Assembly (NCBI GenBank): GCA_013239625.1
Contig: MU056050.1
Location: 4,907,366 to 4,971,365, forward strand
Reading direction: 5' to 3'
Origin: Lama guanicoe
Taxonomy: Eukaryota
Length of the DNA: 64,000 nt
This document shows positions 24,698 through 37,940 of this stretch, piece by piece. A program made the position numbers and the translations under genes. Each line of letters opens with the position of its first letter. Position 1 is the stretch's first letter. The notes under the pieces are model-generated. The model saw nothing but the letters and a program-made list of their open reading frames with translations. It made no database searches and was not told the origin of the DNA.

Positions 24698-26600
24698 AGG
24701 ACAAAATACCCAAACCCTCCTGTTTACTACTGAGCACAAAAATAATCCACTGATGCTTCATTCTCTCCCAAGTAAGTAGACATAATTTAGGAAACTGATT
24801 GAGGCAAGTGAACTCAAGCTAAATTTAATCATCCATTCATTGATTGATTAAAATCTTCATGGCCTCTTAATTGCATATTGTTAGTTGACAAAGTCACTTT
24901 ATAGATTAGAGATTAAATGATCTATAAACATATTATTGTAGATACACAGGCCACATCGCTGACACAGTATCCCACATTAGATAGTAATTGAAGTTACTTG
25001 TAATTATATATCAACATAGTGTATATCCCTGTGTGCACATGCGTGTGCATGTGTATTTGTAATTTTACACGAATCTAAAGGATTCTGAGACAAAATCTGA
25101 GGAAGTCGCAAGTTGTGACTGCACACTTCACCAGGAGAGACTTTAAAGACTGCTCAAGATCTAAAGATAAAGAACTAACATTCCTAACATCTGAAAGTAT
25201 AGCAAAACCTGAATTAATCATGGCCAAATAGTCTTCAGTCCTTATTAGAATTATGTTATTTTGGCTATATTTTATTTCTGCCTAAAAGGCAAATATTAAA
25301 AATTCTATACACACATGCTCATGCTTAATACACAAATAATAACTAGCATAGTGTCTGGCATACTTAAGTATTCAGTAATTGTTATTGAACGAATGTATGC
25401 CTTACATTTTTAATAGATTTTCGTATAGAGTTTTGCATGCCTAAGTTAAGCATCATAGTGTATCTCGATGGTAGTTGCAAGTGTATTTCTTTTTCGAATT
25501 AGACAAACAAACAAAAGCACATCAAGAAAGGTCTGAGGATCTGGATACACCCAGTTCAGTCTCTTATATCATTTCTACCTGCACGCTTGCAAATAAGTGC
25601 ACGCATTTAGAATAACTGAGATAGAGAAACCGTAAGTCCTCCAATCATCAAAAAATATAAACGTGCGTTGCCTGTATGATATGGCAGATGCAGCAAAGTG
25701 GACTAATGTATTCGAAATTGTGTTCAACATAAGGTTTTGGAGTTAAGATTATTTTCCTAAGAAGAAATGAATAGCCAGAATACTCTAATAGCTGAACATT
25801 TTGGTTAAGAGAAGTTTTATTGTAGATGACTAGAATTTGTTATAACTCTACATTATGTCAGAACAATAATCTCATTTATTAAAATATTTTAAATAGTTGA
25901 CCACATAGGTGAAAAATAGGTTCTAAATTCATGTGATTTTTCACTTTTCAACTAGATTTTTTTTTAGCATCATAAAGAAATGTTTCATCCTCTCTTCTGC
26001 TACCTGGCATAAACAACTTCCCATGATGAGTCATTCTCATAAGTAGTTGTAAGTCATTATTAATTTATGTTATCCAATAAAATAATGAGAAAAATTTGAA
26101 CAGTATGTTGCCATAACACACTGCATTTAGTTCGTGGAGTGGGAAAATTATTTATGAATAATGTTCATACGTATTGATTTTTACATGTTTTAAAACAAAT
26201 CTTTAAAAAATAACACACAAGTATAATATTAGAAAAATTCATGTCTCCCTTGGTTATTTCTTTTTTGTAGGATGCAACACTTATGGTAAAGTACAGACCA
26301 AATAAATGAGAAGATGGGAAGTAAATAGTAAGTGTCTAAGGGATGTGGGCTAAGAAGACTTGCTTTATGGTAAATGCCAGCTTTTACTCCAAAGAATGAA
26401 ACTTTCACTGTGGGATTGCTCTGGGGATAAGTTATAATTGTGCAGAAATTTTACTGAGTTGCTTAGCAGTCACTCAGTTTTCTGAATTATGGCAAAAGTC
26501 ATCTATCTGCTTTCTCTTTAGTGTTTTTTTATATATCTGAAATCATAAAGACATGCACAGAGTTTGCAGCATGTTTTAAAAATGAATGAAGATGTTGGGT

Positions 26601-27495
26601 TGTGATATTGTGATTTATAATAAGAAATATATATTTGGTCTTCATCCCAGTTTCTGGCACAGTACTAAAAAACCCTTGGAATTTCCTAAGTGGAGAGAGC
26701 AGCAAAGGTTTCTTTTGTTACGTTAATGAGGTGTCTTTTAGACTGCTCCTACTGTTGGGGGCTGGTTGCTGGGGAAACCAATCCTGAGATTAGAGGGTTG
26801 GAACTTTCAGTCCCACCCCCTGCCATTCGGGAGGGAGAGGGGCTGAAGGTTGACTCAATTGCCAATGGCCAGAGATTTAATCAGTCATATCCACATAATG
26901 ATGCCTTCATAAGACCCCAAAAGGACAGGGTTCAGAGAGCTTCTGGGTTGGTGACCATGTGGAGGTGCTGCAAGAGCAAATGGAAGCACCTGGAGACCTG
27001 GGGCTTATCCCTATACCTTGCCCTATGCGTCTCTTCCATCTGCTTGTTTCTGAGTTACACCTTTTTACGATGAAGTGGTGCTCTAGTAAGTTACAAGTTT
27101 CTCTGTGTTCTTTGAGCTGCTCTAGCAAATTAATTAAACCCGAAGACGGTGTCATGGAAATCTCTGATTTATAGCCAGTAGGTCAGAAGTTCAGGTAACA
27201 ACCTGGACTTGCACCTGGCATCTGACGACCAAGGAGGGCATTGATGGAACCTCCCATCTCTAGCTGTTTGGTCAGAAGTATGGGTGATAATCCAGGCTTC
27301 CGATTGGTCCTTAAAATGATGGGGGACAGTCTTGTAGGACTGAACCCTTAGCCTGTAGAATCTGATGCTGTCTCTAGGTAGATGGTGTCAGAACTGAGTT
27401 AAATTATAGAACACACCACTGGTGTTGGAGCATTGCATGTTGGAGATGTGGGAAACACTCCTTCCACACTGAATTTGGGTCCAGGAATTCAAACA
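26601..27495 (+). mobile_element. ERVL-class solo LTR (MER21B/C-like)
   Basis: TG...CA termini; start tgtgatattgtgatttataataagaaatatatatttggtcttcatccc; exact 5-bp TSD tgggt (26596-26600, 27496-27500). Confidence 0.92.
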
Positions 27496-28149
27496 TGGGT
27501 CAACAAATATCTAAGATATATTTGGTATTTCTTGGTATATATGTACTATTCTATTAGTAACTGAAACTCTTTTGTTAGAAATTTATCAATATTTTCAGGA
27601 TTATTATATATTTGTACCTTGAAATGGTTTATTTGTGTGCATTAGGGAGAAGTCATTCTGAGGGAATTCATTTGATGGGTATTTATTTAGGACCTACTGT
27701 TTGCCAGGCACTGCTCTAGTTGCTGGGTATAAGAGCTGTGACCCAAACTGGCAAATATCACTACCAATGTGAGGCATTTTAGAGGACAATTAAAATTAAG
27801 AATTTTGTTAGCTTGAGGATTTCTCAACTATATAATTTCAAAGAAACTAAAAGGTTTACAATTGGAGTTCTTTGACAAAACATATTTTAACACAAATATA
27901 ATTTGGAATTACGTTATTGAGCGTCTGTATTTAAATTTATTAGATAAATGCAGTACCTTAAATGTCCTAATGTCAGACTGCCTGAGGAATTCGTTAGAAG
28001 GAGGCTAGGTTTGGATTAGTGAGTAGACGGTGTGTGTTCATAGCGTGTTGACTTCTTTAATGGTTAGATGGAATAAAGTGATCAAAGTTATATTATTGGT
28101 ATTTTGTTGAAGAACTAACATGAAAGGTACACGAAGTACATTACTCATT

Positions 28150-28310
28150 ATTTGAATAACCAATCGAGGTATATAATATTTTTATTCACTTTTTAAATAT
28201 AAGGAGGCTGAGGTTTATAGAGATTAAATAACTTGTCCAAGATCTGAAAACCATTAAATCACAGAGCCACATTTATAACCTACTACTTTATTGAGTCACT
28301 CTGCTTTTTA
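28150..28310 (-). mobile_element. MIR fragment
   Basis: aaggaggctgaggtttatagagattaaataacttgtccaagatc. Confidence 0.7.
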
Positions 28311-29994
28311 TTTATCTGACCCAATTCTCTGGCTAAACCACTCAGTGATACTGTCTCATTGGTCTCCATCCATAATATGGCCTGCTTCCAGAAGGTTCTG
28401 CTCTCATTCTCTCTATGTGACAGAAATACCTAGAACTGGGGGATCCAGCTCTCAGTTACCTCAGTCATCTCTAATTACTTGTAAGAATAAACTGTCAGAG
28501 AGGTCCCAACTGTCCCCACTCAGACTTCTCCTTTTCATTAAGACACAGTTTCCTTCCTGAAGCATGGCAGTAATCTCCCAGTAAATGCTCAACAATCAAT
28601 GCTAGTTTCTGAGTGATATTACTCATCAATAATGTGAGGCTGATCCTGGAAAGATACATTTCAGACTGCATGACGTATAACAGGCACCAGATATATATTT
28701 GTTAAATAAAAGAGTGAAGGAAAGAAAAGAATGATGAATATAAGGATATATACTTGATGAAAGATTAGTGAATTGAAATCATTCACTGAAAATTTAAATA
28801 CCTTTTGTAAATAAAACAGATTCTTACATGATCATGCATTAAGTTCAAAATAATATTTCTGAGTTTTCTTTTTTCTAACTCAAGTATGAAATACAACTTC
28901 CTTTTTTAACAAATATATGATATTTGGTAAGGACTAAAAAGGTCATTGAATAAGTACAAATTTAGAATTAGTAATGGATGGTATCTTTTCTTCAAACATT
29001 TTGTCTTTAAATGGAGATAAGGTTTATACTTGAAATATGTGGTGTTGGCTTTATTTTAATGACATATTTACCTTCTTCATAAGAAATAATGTGTTATAAG
29101 TTATGGTGTAAATCTTCACAGTGGCTACATAGTCATTTGGCCTGGACTTCCTGTTTCACAGCACATTAGATACAAATGATCACAGTATAATCTGCAACCT
29201 ATTGTGACCCTTTGGTTTAATGAGAAATGAAATGTTGAGCATGGTTCCAAGACTCATTCTTAAAGAAGATGTGAATTTATGCAGTTCATTCCTTGACCCT
29301 AGTACTTATTTTCACATGCAAAAAGAAACTTCTAGTGGCTAAAATTATCTAAACCTCCCTTTTATTTGAGGAAATTAATCATTGAAAATATAAAATGCTA
29401 TCTTCAGTTTTGATCCAGAGACAACTGCAGCTATAAGTAGGCACTATATGCAAAGGAAATGACACTAATGAAAAAATGCACATTATAGGAAACTTTCAAT
29501 ATTTTTTTCATCCTATTACTGACTACCTACTTTGCAGGACTCAAAAATACAATGATTTTTCTTCCTAGTAAATTAGTTTATACTGAGCCACCATTTTGTT
29601 TTGTTTTTCCCTTTCTTTCCCTACTTCTCAAGTGAAATATGAATCCAGGAAAGTTTCTTACAGTGGATAAATCACTTTACATACAAACACTGTCAAAAGC
29701 ATCAGCACAGCCATGTGGATAATAATGTTATGTCGTTGTTGATTTAAAAGTGAAATCCTGCAGTTAAATACAGAAAATCAAAATTGACCCATTTTTTATA
29801 CATGTATTCAGCCACTCAGATCCAAAAGACTTAGAATAAGGAAGGATGTTTAACATAGGCTGACTGTCAATCAAAATGATTTATTTGGAGACAATTTGTC
29901 CACATGCTTTGTCACAGGTAATTTTTAATGATAGATAAGACATCACACTGTGTAAACAGTGTATTTTTCAGAGCTTTGAATTCAGTAAGAAAAA

Positions 29995-30575
29995 ATTTAT
30001 TTAAATAAGACATTTGAAAATGTACAAAAATCTCAAGGTTACAGCTTGGTGTCATGCCCTTGTAAAATCATATATCCAATACTAAGTAAAAGAAACAATA
30101 TGGCCAGTGCTCTGGAAGCCCCATTTAGGTCCTTCCTAAATAGTCTCCCCACCTTATATCCCGAAAGGAACTGTTATCCTTACCCCTAATAAAATAGATT
30201 TTTTTTCTGTGATTTTGAACTTTATGGAAATACATAAAGTTTGTGTTCTGTTACGCCAGACTTCTTTCACTCACTATGTGTTTTTTGAGGTTTATGTTGT
30301 CATGTGTGATAGTACTTCATACAATTTCATCACTAATATTATACTCTATGATTGTACTGACATATATTTATCCATTATACTGTTGATAAACATCTGTTTC
30401 CAGCTTGAGGCTATTATGATTAATGCTGATTTGAGCCATCATGACCTTGTTATTTTTTGGCGAAAATGTGAACTCATTTCTGTCAGATATATCTGTAAGG
30501 GTGGAACTGCTGCATCATAGGGTATGCATGTCTCCAACTTTGCCCAGTAATGCTGAAGACTCTTAGAAATTGTTG
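29995..30575 (-). mobile_element. Old L1ME 3' end
   Basis: gattttgaactttatggaaatacata..tttatccattatactgttgataaacatctgtttccagcttgaggctattatg..ggaactgctgcatcatagggtatg. Confidence 0.75.
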
Positions 30576-30739
30576 CAATGATTTAAACTCATTTCTCTGG
30601 CCTTCTTCTGTTCCGATGTCCCATCCAGAGTATGACATTTTGTTTATTCATTATGTTTCTTTAGGCTCTTATCATCCGGGACAGTTTCTGTCTCTTCTTT
30701 CCTTCGAGGACTTCAATCACCAGACAAAAATTAGACTTT

Positions 30740-31690
30740 TTCATCATTTTCCTTCCTTTTATTTCTCCGGAATTATGTTTGCATATTTTCTTTGAATCCA
30801 TTTTTCAATTTACTAATTCTCTCCCCGACAGAATCTAATCTGCAGTTTAATCTATACATTGCATCTCTTACTTGACTTATTTTACTTGACACTTATGCAA
30901 TTTATTTAGTTCATATTTGTAGATTTCAGTTCCATGTTAAAATTCTGAATCTTGTGTTCTAGTTGATTGTTCTGTTGTTTACTATTATTTTAATTTCATA
31001 TAGAAAATTCTGTTATTTGGATAACCCATAGGTTTATTACTCTTTTGTCATATGTCTCTTAGTTTTTGATCACATGGTATCAAATTCCATGTGCCTGGCA
31101 GTTTGTGGTTGGGTTTAATACACTGTGTTTCCAAAATTAAAGAGATAATCTGAGACTCTGAATGATATATGTCTCCTTAGAAGAATTATATATTTATTCA
31201 TTTGAACTTCTGACTGGGGACTAGCTAGAACAACTAGCAAACCTTTATCAGTTTAACCCAGTCAAGACTGATATGATTCAAAAATGAAGTTCGTTTTCTT
31301 GTGAGGATTGATCTGTTTCTGGTTCTTTCTCCTTCTTTGTATATAGTTCCTCAGATTCCCCAATCAAGGTGCTTATTCCTTGAGAGGCCCTGATCATCAG
31401 TATTAATAACTGTCTAGGGTCAGTAGGTGTATTGAAAGAATTTCTCAACTTTGTGTTTCAGTTGAACTTTTAGAGTTAGCAGATACCCTTCTTTAGGGAA
31501 AAGTTGCCACAAATGTTTAGTTTGTATCCATGGGCTTTCTTCCTCTCCCACATTTGAGTTGAGCTGAAATAAAATGTCTACATATTAGTTATTTCACAAG
31601 AATTATTTTTCAGGTTCTCTTCATCTTTTTCTTTAGTTCTCATTAAGGACATTGGCCCCCAGACTAGAAGCATTCTATTGCTAGAAGCAG
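30740..31690 (-). mobile_element. Old HAL1/L1ME ORF1-5' fragment
   Basis: ttttcaatttactaattctctcc..tctaatctgcagtttaatctatacattg, antisense ORF1-like sequence. Confidence 0.6.
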
Positions 31691-32499
31691 AGTACACTAC
31701 TTTACTCAAACAAATTAGAGTCCGTTCAAGCCTATGCTCAAATTATGCCTTTCTCACTCACAATTGAACATTTTGTCTGATATAGGAAGTTTAGAGTTTT
31801 GTAAAGTAAAAAATGAAAAAGGAATGGAGTATAAGCTTGGATATGCCCAGTGAAAGCATGAGAATCATGTAAATGACATTTCTCTTCTTTGCAGAAGAAA
31901 AGTCACTGAAGTTATTTGCTATGGAACATGTAGTTTAGTTCTATTTTGCATTCTTCTATCACTCTCCAAATCGTGTAAGCCATTAAATTCTATCTCCTGA
32001 ATATTTCCCTTATTCCTTTAAGGCAGCTATTTATTAGTTTTTCCCTCCACTGCCTATTGCAAAGCCTATTTGTTTGGTATCTTTACCTGTCATTGTTATC
32101 ATCTTCTTTATCATCATCAAAAATGGTATTGGGCTTCTACCATATACAGGACCCCATAGACAGTCTCATTTAATTGTTACTCTGTGTTGTAGCAGAAAAT
32201 CTGAATCCACCATAGAAACAGCAGTAAATACTTTCACCAATAGAGGAGTGGAAGAAAGGAACTAATATTTATGGAACAGGAATTATGTGCAAACATATTA
32301 TATGCATGTTTTACAAACCTAAGAAGCAGATATCACTGACATTTGAATATTTGAGATCTCCTAAACAATTTGGCTTCAAGGTTTATGTTTCCTTTACTTC
32401 ACTAAGTTGTATCCTCAGGTGGAAACATTTAATAGCATAACAAATTTCTGAGAGCCAATTTATCTAATTTTCCCATCATCTCTTGATGTGTACACTACT

Positions 32500-32640
32500 A
32501 ATTTTATCATTTGACATTTGAGAAAATTAAGACAAAAGGAATTTATTTAATTTGTCTGAGGTCACACAACTTGTTAGTTGTGGAACTGAGATTCCAGTCC
32601 AGATCTGGTTAATTTCAAAAGTCTGCTTTTAACTAATGCA
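32500..32640 (-). mobile_element. MIR fragment
   Basis: aatttgtctgaggtcacacaacttgttagttgtggaactgagattccagtccagatctg. Confidence 0.7.
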
Positions 32641-33694
32641 GGACAGGTCTCAGCAAGCTTATTTCTCTGCATGTGTAACAAACATCCAAACATATTTTAA
32701 ATTGTCAACATCTGAATATTAGTTAAACATGGCTTCTAAAGAAAAAGTTATATTACTCTAAATAAGAAAACCTTAATCATCATGAAGATGTGTTTTCCAG
32801 TTTCCTTTTGCACATACTTCATTGTGGAGAAACTGAGGGAGATGTAATAATTGACTTATACAAATACAAACACAACCTTTTGTTTTAACCAAAGGAGCAA
32901 TAAGATATGAGCTCAAAAGAGATATATTACTACATTTTTTTGTAAATTAGAATATTTATGGTAAATTAGTTCTGAAAACAATATAAAAGTAGCTAACATT
33001 TTAGGTTCAAAAGAGTATAAAGAGTGAAATTTATCTAGTGGTTATTGTTAAATTTTTAGAGGACATGTATGTTTATGATTTGGGAAAATAAACTTATATG
33101 GGAAATTATATTTCATTTAGATGTTGGCTCTGTAAAGACATTATTTATTACTATTACTCAGATAACAAAAGCAATTGGCTCAGAATCATTCCTTTCTCCA
33201 CAAAATCAAATTTGTGTTGAATATAGATACTCAAAGTAAATGCACGGCTCTTGTGTGACTTTCTGAATACTTGTTATAATTATCTCTGTTAGCTTGAATG
33301 TGTAGATATGAGATGCTTATACAAATTATTACTTTTACATTTTCATTGCAAATTGGAAATTTTGCAGTCATGCACATTAACAAATCTAAATTGGCCACCT
33401 TAAAATAAATGTTTCAAGGTGATAATTTTTTGACATGAAAATGTGGTTTTGGTGTCTTTTTAAAGCTAATTAGTACATAGCCAATTCTAACAGTTTCCTT
33501 GTTACAGGAATGCAGAATCAGTTAAACACTGGGGTGCTAATTAAATTAACAAAACTTAATTAATGCCATAATGAAACACAGATAAGAAGTTACAGCAGTG
33601 ATTATTCCCAAACTTCATCCTCTTGACATGGTGCCATTATTATGTATAGGTCTTTAAGCCCTATTAAGGTAATATATGACTTATTTAAAAGTAG

Positions 33695-36329
33695 ATTGCC
33701 AGTGACGTCAGCAAAAATGGGAGAGTAGGGAACTCCAATAGCTCATTGTTCCACAAAAGCACAGAATTAACTTGCATAAACTGCGATAATGACCTTTAGC
33801 AGAACTCTGAAAACTAATCAAAAGTTTATAGCAACCTGAAAAATGCTTAATCAAGGAAAGAAAAAAACAAACACTTGAATATCATTAAGAGTGGTTTGTG
33901 AGATTTTTACCTACCCTAATCCTACCCTGCATTCAGTGGCTTGATGACAGCCTTAAAGAACTCATCACACATCCTGGTATAGGTTCCTAGTGGTGGATGG
34001 AGAGAATGCAGTATACTCCAAGAATTGTGATCTCGTGTTTTGATCTATCTGGTAACATCCTAAAGGATCAGCTCAAAGGGCTCCCCTTTGTTTCACCTAG
34101 CTCAGTAAGTTAGCATGGCTGACGTGGTTACCCTGAGGTGGGGGTGATTGTTGAAAGCATATCAGACAAATGCATTAGCCTATGCCACAGGGAGCAAGGA
34201 ATAAAAATTTTGGTAAATAATAGATGAACTGAAAAGCTTGAGAGTTAAGGCTGGTTAATAAGACACTTCAGGGGAAATGGGTTTTGAAAAGCTTCCACAT
34301 ATTTCTGGGAATCTAGAAAGACATACACATACCCAGGGATGGTTGCTTGTTCAGAAACTACCTGAGAAGTTCCCAAACTTTCATTTCTAGTAGATTTTCA
34401 GGTGCTGCATAAGCAAGAAATGAAGGCAAAGGCAGAGTTCTAAACTCAAAGCAAGTAAACTTAGGAAAATAATAAATATTTGAATGGGATGAATGAAAAA
34501 CAATAGATAAAATTACCAAAACCAGAAGTTGTTTCTTTGAAAAGATCAATAAAATTGACAAAAGTTTAGGTAGACTGGTCAAGAATAAAATAGAAGATTA
34601 ACATAACTAACTTCAGAAATGAGGAATGTAAGGAATGCTAATACAATTGTGTATATCTAACAAATTAAATAACCTAGGTGGGTAATTTCCTGGAAACATA
34701 CAAACTACCAAAAATGTCTGAAGAAGAAATAGAGTATCTGAATAGACCTATAATAAGAAATTGAATAAATAACCAAAATTTCTAACAAAGAAAAGCCCAC
34801 GATTAGAGGGCTTTACTGGTGAATTCTACCAAACAATTAAAGAATAATTAACATCAATCCTTTTCAAACTCTTACTGTGCCCCCTCCCCCAAATAAAGGT
34901 AGAACACTTCCTAATTCATTCCATGAGGCCACTGTTCTCTCGATATTAAAGCCAGGCAAAGATATCACAGGAAAAGAAAACTAAAGGCAAACATCCCTTA
35001 TGAATACACATGCAAAAGTCCCCAACAAATTACTAGAAAACTGAATCAATAGCATATTAAAAGGACGGCCAAATGGGATTTTCCCAGGAATACAAGGGTA
35101 TTTCAAACATACAAAATCAATCAATGTAATTCTTCATATTAATAGTATGAAGAAACAAAAACACCAATTGATCATCCCAATAGATGGAGAAAGCACATTT
35201 AACAAAATCCAACATGCTTTTATGATAAAAACTCAACAAAATAGCAATAGAAGGATATTTCTCCAAAATGATGAAGGTTATCTGTTGTAAAAAGCCTCAT
35301 CTTAACATCATACTCAATGGTGAAAGATGGAAAACTTTACTCCTGAGATCATTAACAAAAGGAGGATGTTTCTTTTTGCCACTTCTATTCGACATTGTAC
35401 TGGAAGTTCTTGCTAGAGCAATTAGTCAGGGAAAATAAATAAGACATACAAACTTCAAAGAAATAAATGGAACAATCTCTGTTTGCAGATAGCATGAGAA
35501 TACATATTGAAAATCCTAGGAATCTACAAAAATATTAGAACTAATAAACAAACTCATCAAAGGATCAGGATACAAGATCAAGATACAGAAATCAGTTGTA
35601 TTGCTATATAGTAGAAAGAATAATCAAAAAATGAAATTTCTGAAAGAAATACATTTACAACAGGACCAAAAAGAACAAACACTTAGGAATACATCAGCCA
35701 AGTAGGGGCAAATCTTATACACTTAAAACTGTTGAAAGAACTTTAAAATGATTTAAATAAATATAAAGATACCCCATGTTTACCAATTGAAAGACTTACT
35801 ATTGTTAAAATACCAATATTCCCTCAAATGATCTATAGAGTCAATACAATCTCTGTCAAAATCTCAACTGCACTTTTAACAACAATGGATAAATTGATAC
35901 TAAAATATATATGGAATTGAAAAGGACCCTGAGTAGCCTATAAAATCTTGGAACAGAGGAAAAAAAGTTGGTCTCCCCCATCCTGATTTTAAAACTTAGA
36001 ACAAAGCTACAGTAATCAAAATAGTGTATTCCTGGCATAGGGATAGCCTTTAGATCAGTGGAATGGAATTGTCCACTAATAAACCTATATATCTGTCTCT
36101 AGTTGATTCTGACAAAGTTGCCAAGACAACTAAATGGGGGAAAAATAGTCTTTTCAAGGAATGGTCCTGCAACAAGTAGATATTCACTTGGGAAAGAATG
36201 ACCCTTACCTCATACCATTTAGAAAAATAACACAAAATGGATCAAAGAACTACGTGTAAGAAGTGAAAGTATAAAACACTTAGAAGAAAACCTAGGTTAA
36301 ATTTTCATAGTCTTGGATTTGGGGGTGGG

Positions 36330-36399
<70 letters not shown>

Positions 36400-37460
36400 T
36401 ATCTAGATATATAGCTAAATATAGATATATATAGATATATATTTAGTTATGACACCAAAAACAAGCATCAAAAGATAAAATAGATAAATTGGACTTCATC
36501 AAAATTAAAAATTTCTATGTATACAAGATTACTATAAAAAATGAAAAAGCAATCCACAGAATGCATGAAAATATTTGAAAACTACATATATGATGAGAGT
36601 CTGTGTCCAGAAAATATAAAAAATACTTACAACTTAACAACAAAAAGCTATCCAACTAAAACATGGGCTAAAGAGTTCAATAGAAGTTTCTCCAGAGAAG
36701 ATAAATAAATGACCAACAGTCACATGGAAAGATACTAGAATCTTCAGTCATTAGGGAAATACAAATCAAAACTACTGTGAGATATTATTTCACTCTTACT
36801 AGATTGGTTTTAAAAAGAAAACAGTAAGAGTTGGTAAGGATGTAGAGAAATTGGAACACTTTGTGTATTGCTGGTGGGAATGTAAAATGATAGTGCTGCT
36901 GTGGAAAACATTTTGTCTACTCATTAAAATTTAAACAGAATTTCCGTGTAAGTCAATCCTGTGCTCTTAGTGATAACTGAAAATATATATTCCTGAAATA
37001 ATGTGTTTGGATTTTCATAGCATCAGTTTTTATTATAGCTCAAAAGTGAAAACAATCCAAATGTCCATCAGCTGCTGAAGAAATGTGGTATATCCATACA
37101 ATGGAATATTATGTATCCCTAAAAAGAAATGAACATGCAGCAAAATGGATGGATTTCAAAAACATTATGCTAAGCGAAAGAAGCTAGACACACATGGCAC
37201 ATATTGTATGAGTTTATTTATTTTAAGTGTCCAGAATAGGCAAATCCATAGAGAAAGAAAGCAGATTAGTGGTTGTCAGGGACGAGGGAGAGAGTGGAGG
37301 ATGGAGAGTAACTAGTTAATGAGTGTGGGATTTTCTTCCAGGGTGATGAAAATGTTCTGAAATGATAGTAATGATGATTGTACAACATTGTGAATGTACT
37401 AATAGTCACTGAATTGTGTACTTTAAAATGGTTTAAATGGTGTAATTTGAAATAAGAACT
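33695..37460 (+). mobile_element. Old L1M (L1MB-like) with 5'UTR, RT region and 3'UTR but no ORF1 or endonuclease
   Basis: 5' end gtgacgtcagcaaaaatggg; jumps near 34445 into post-EN ORF2; RT motif region tctctgtttgcagatagcatg (~35480, FADDM-like); complete 3'UTR to ~37460. Confidence 0.9.
36321..36442. repeat. Compound (GT)n(AT)n(AG)n microsatellite inside the L1
   Basis: Direct inspection. Confidence 0.95.
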
Positions 37461-37689
37461 AAGAAATGGAAAACATTTCCTCTGGGGCTTGGATCTCTGA
37501 TCAGATGGCTGAAATACTCATTGTGGTCTCCAAATTGGTGGTAAACAGACACTTTTTCTCATTGTACAATGCTTTACTGCAAACTAGAGAGAATGGATCA
37601 TCGAAGTTGACTGTTCACATTTCCTGTGAGCTACTTATTTGGATGATAGCACCTAGAGAATAGAGAAGTCTATTACTACAGAATGTTTC

Positions 37690-37940
37690 TTTTGTTTTTT
37701 TTTTAAGAACTTTTATTTTTATTTAGAATTTTTAGAGCAGTTTATTTTAAGGTTCCCGGCAAACTGAGAGGAAGATACAGAGATTTTTCCATATACACCC
37801 TGCTCCAATACATGTATAGCCTCCCCCATTATCACCATCTTCCACCAGAGTGGGGCATGTGATGAATCTACATTGATGCATCATAATCACCCAAAGTCCA
37901 GAGTTTACAGTTTGGTTCAAATGTTGTACATTTTATGGGC
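37690..37940 (-). mobile_element. L1MC1-like 3' end
   Basis: tttagagcagttt..aaactgagaggaagatacagagattttt..cattgatgcatcataatcacccaaagtcca. Confidence 0.85.

Noticed and set aside
26271..26285. Plus-strand 15-nt exon candidate (ttttttgtag|GATGCAACACTTATG|gtaaag)
   Set aside because: Mediocre donor, no recognisable peptide and opposite to the inferred host strand; the longer 57-nt version has stops in all frames.
26690..27174. Three overlapping ORFs
   Set aside because: Entirely within the MER21-like solo LTR.
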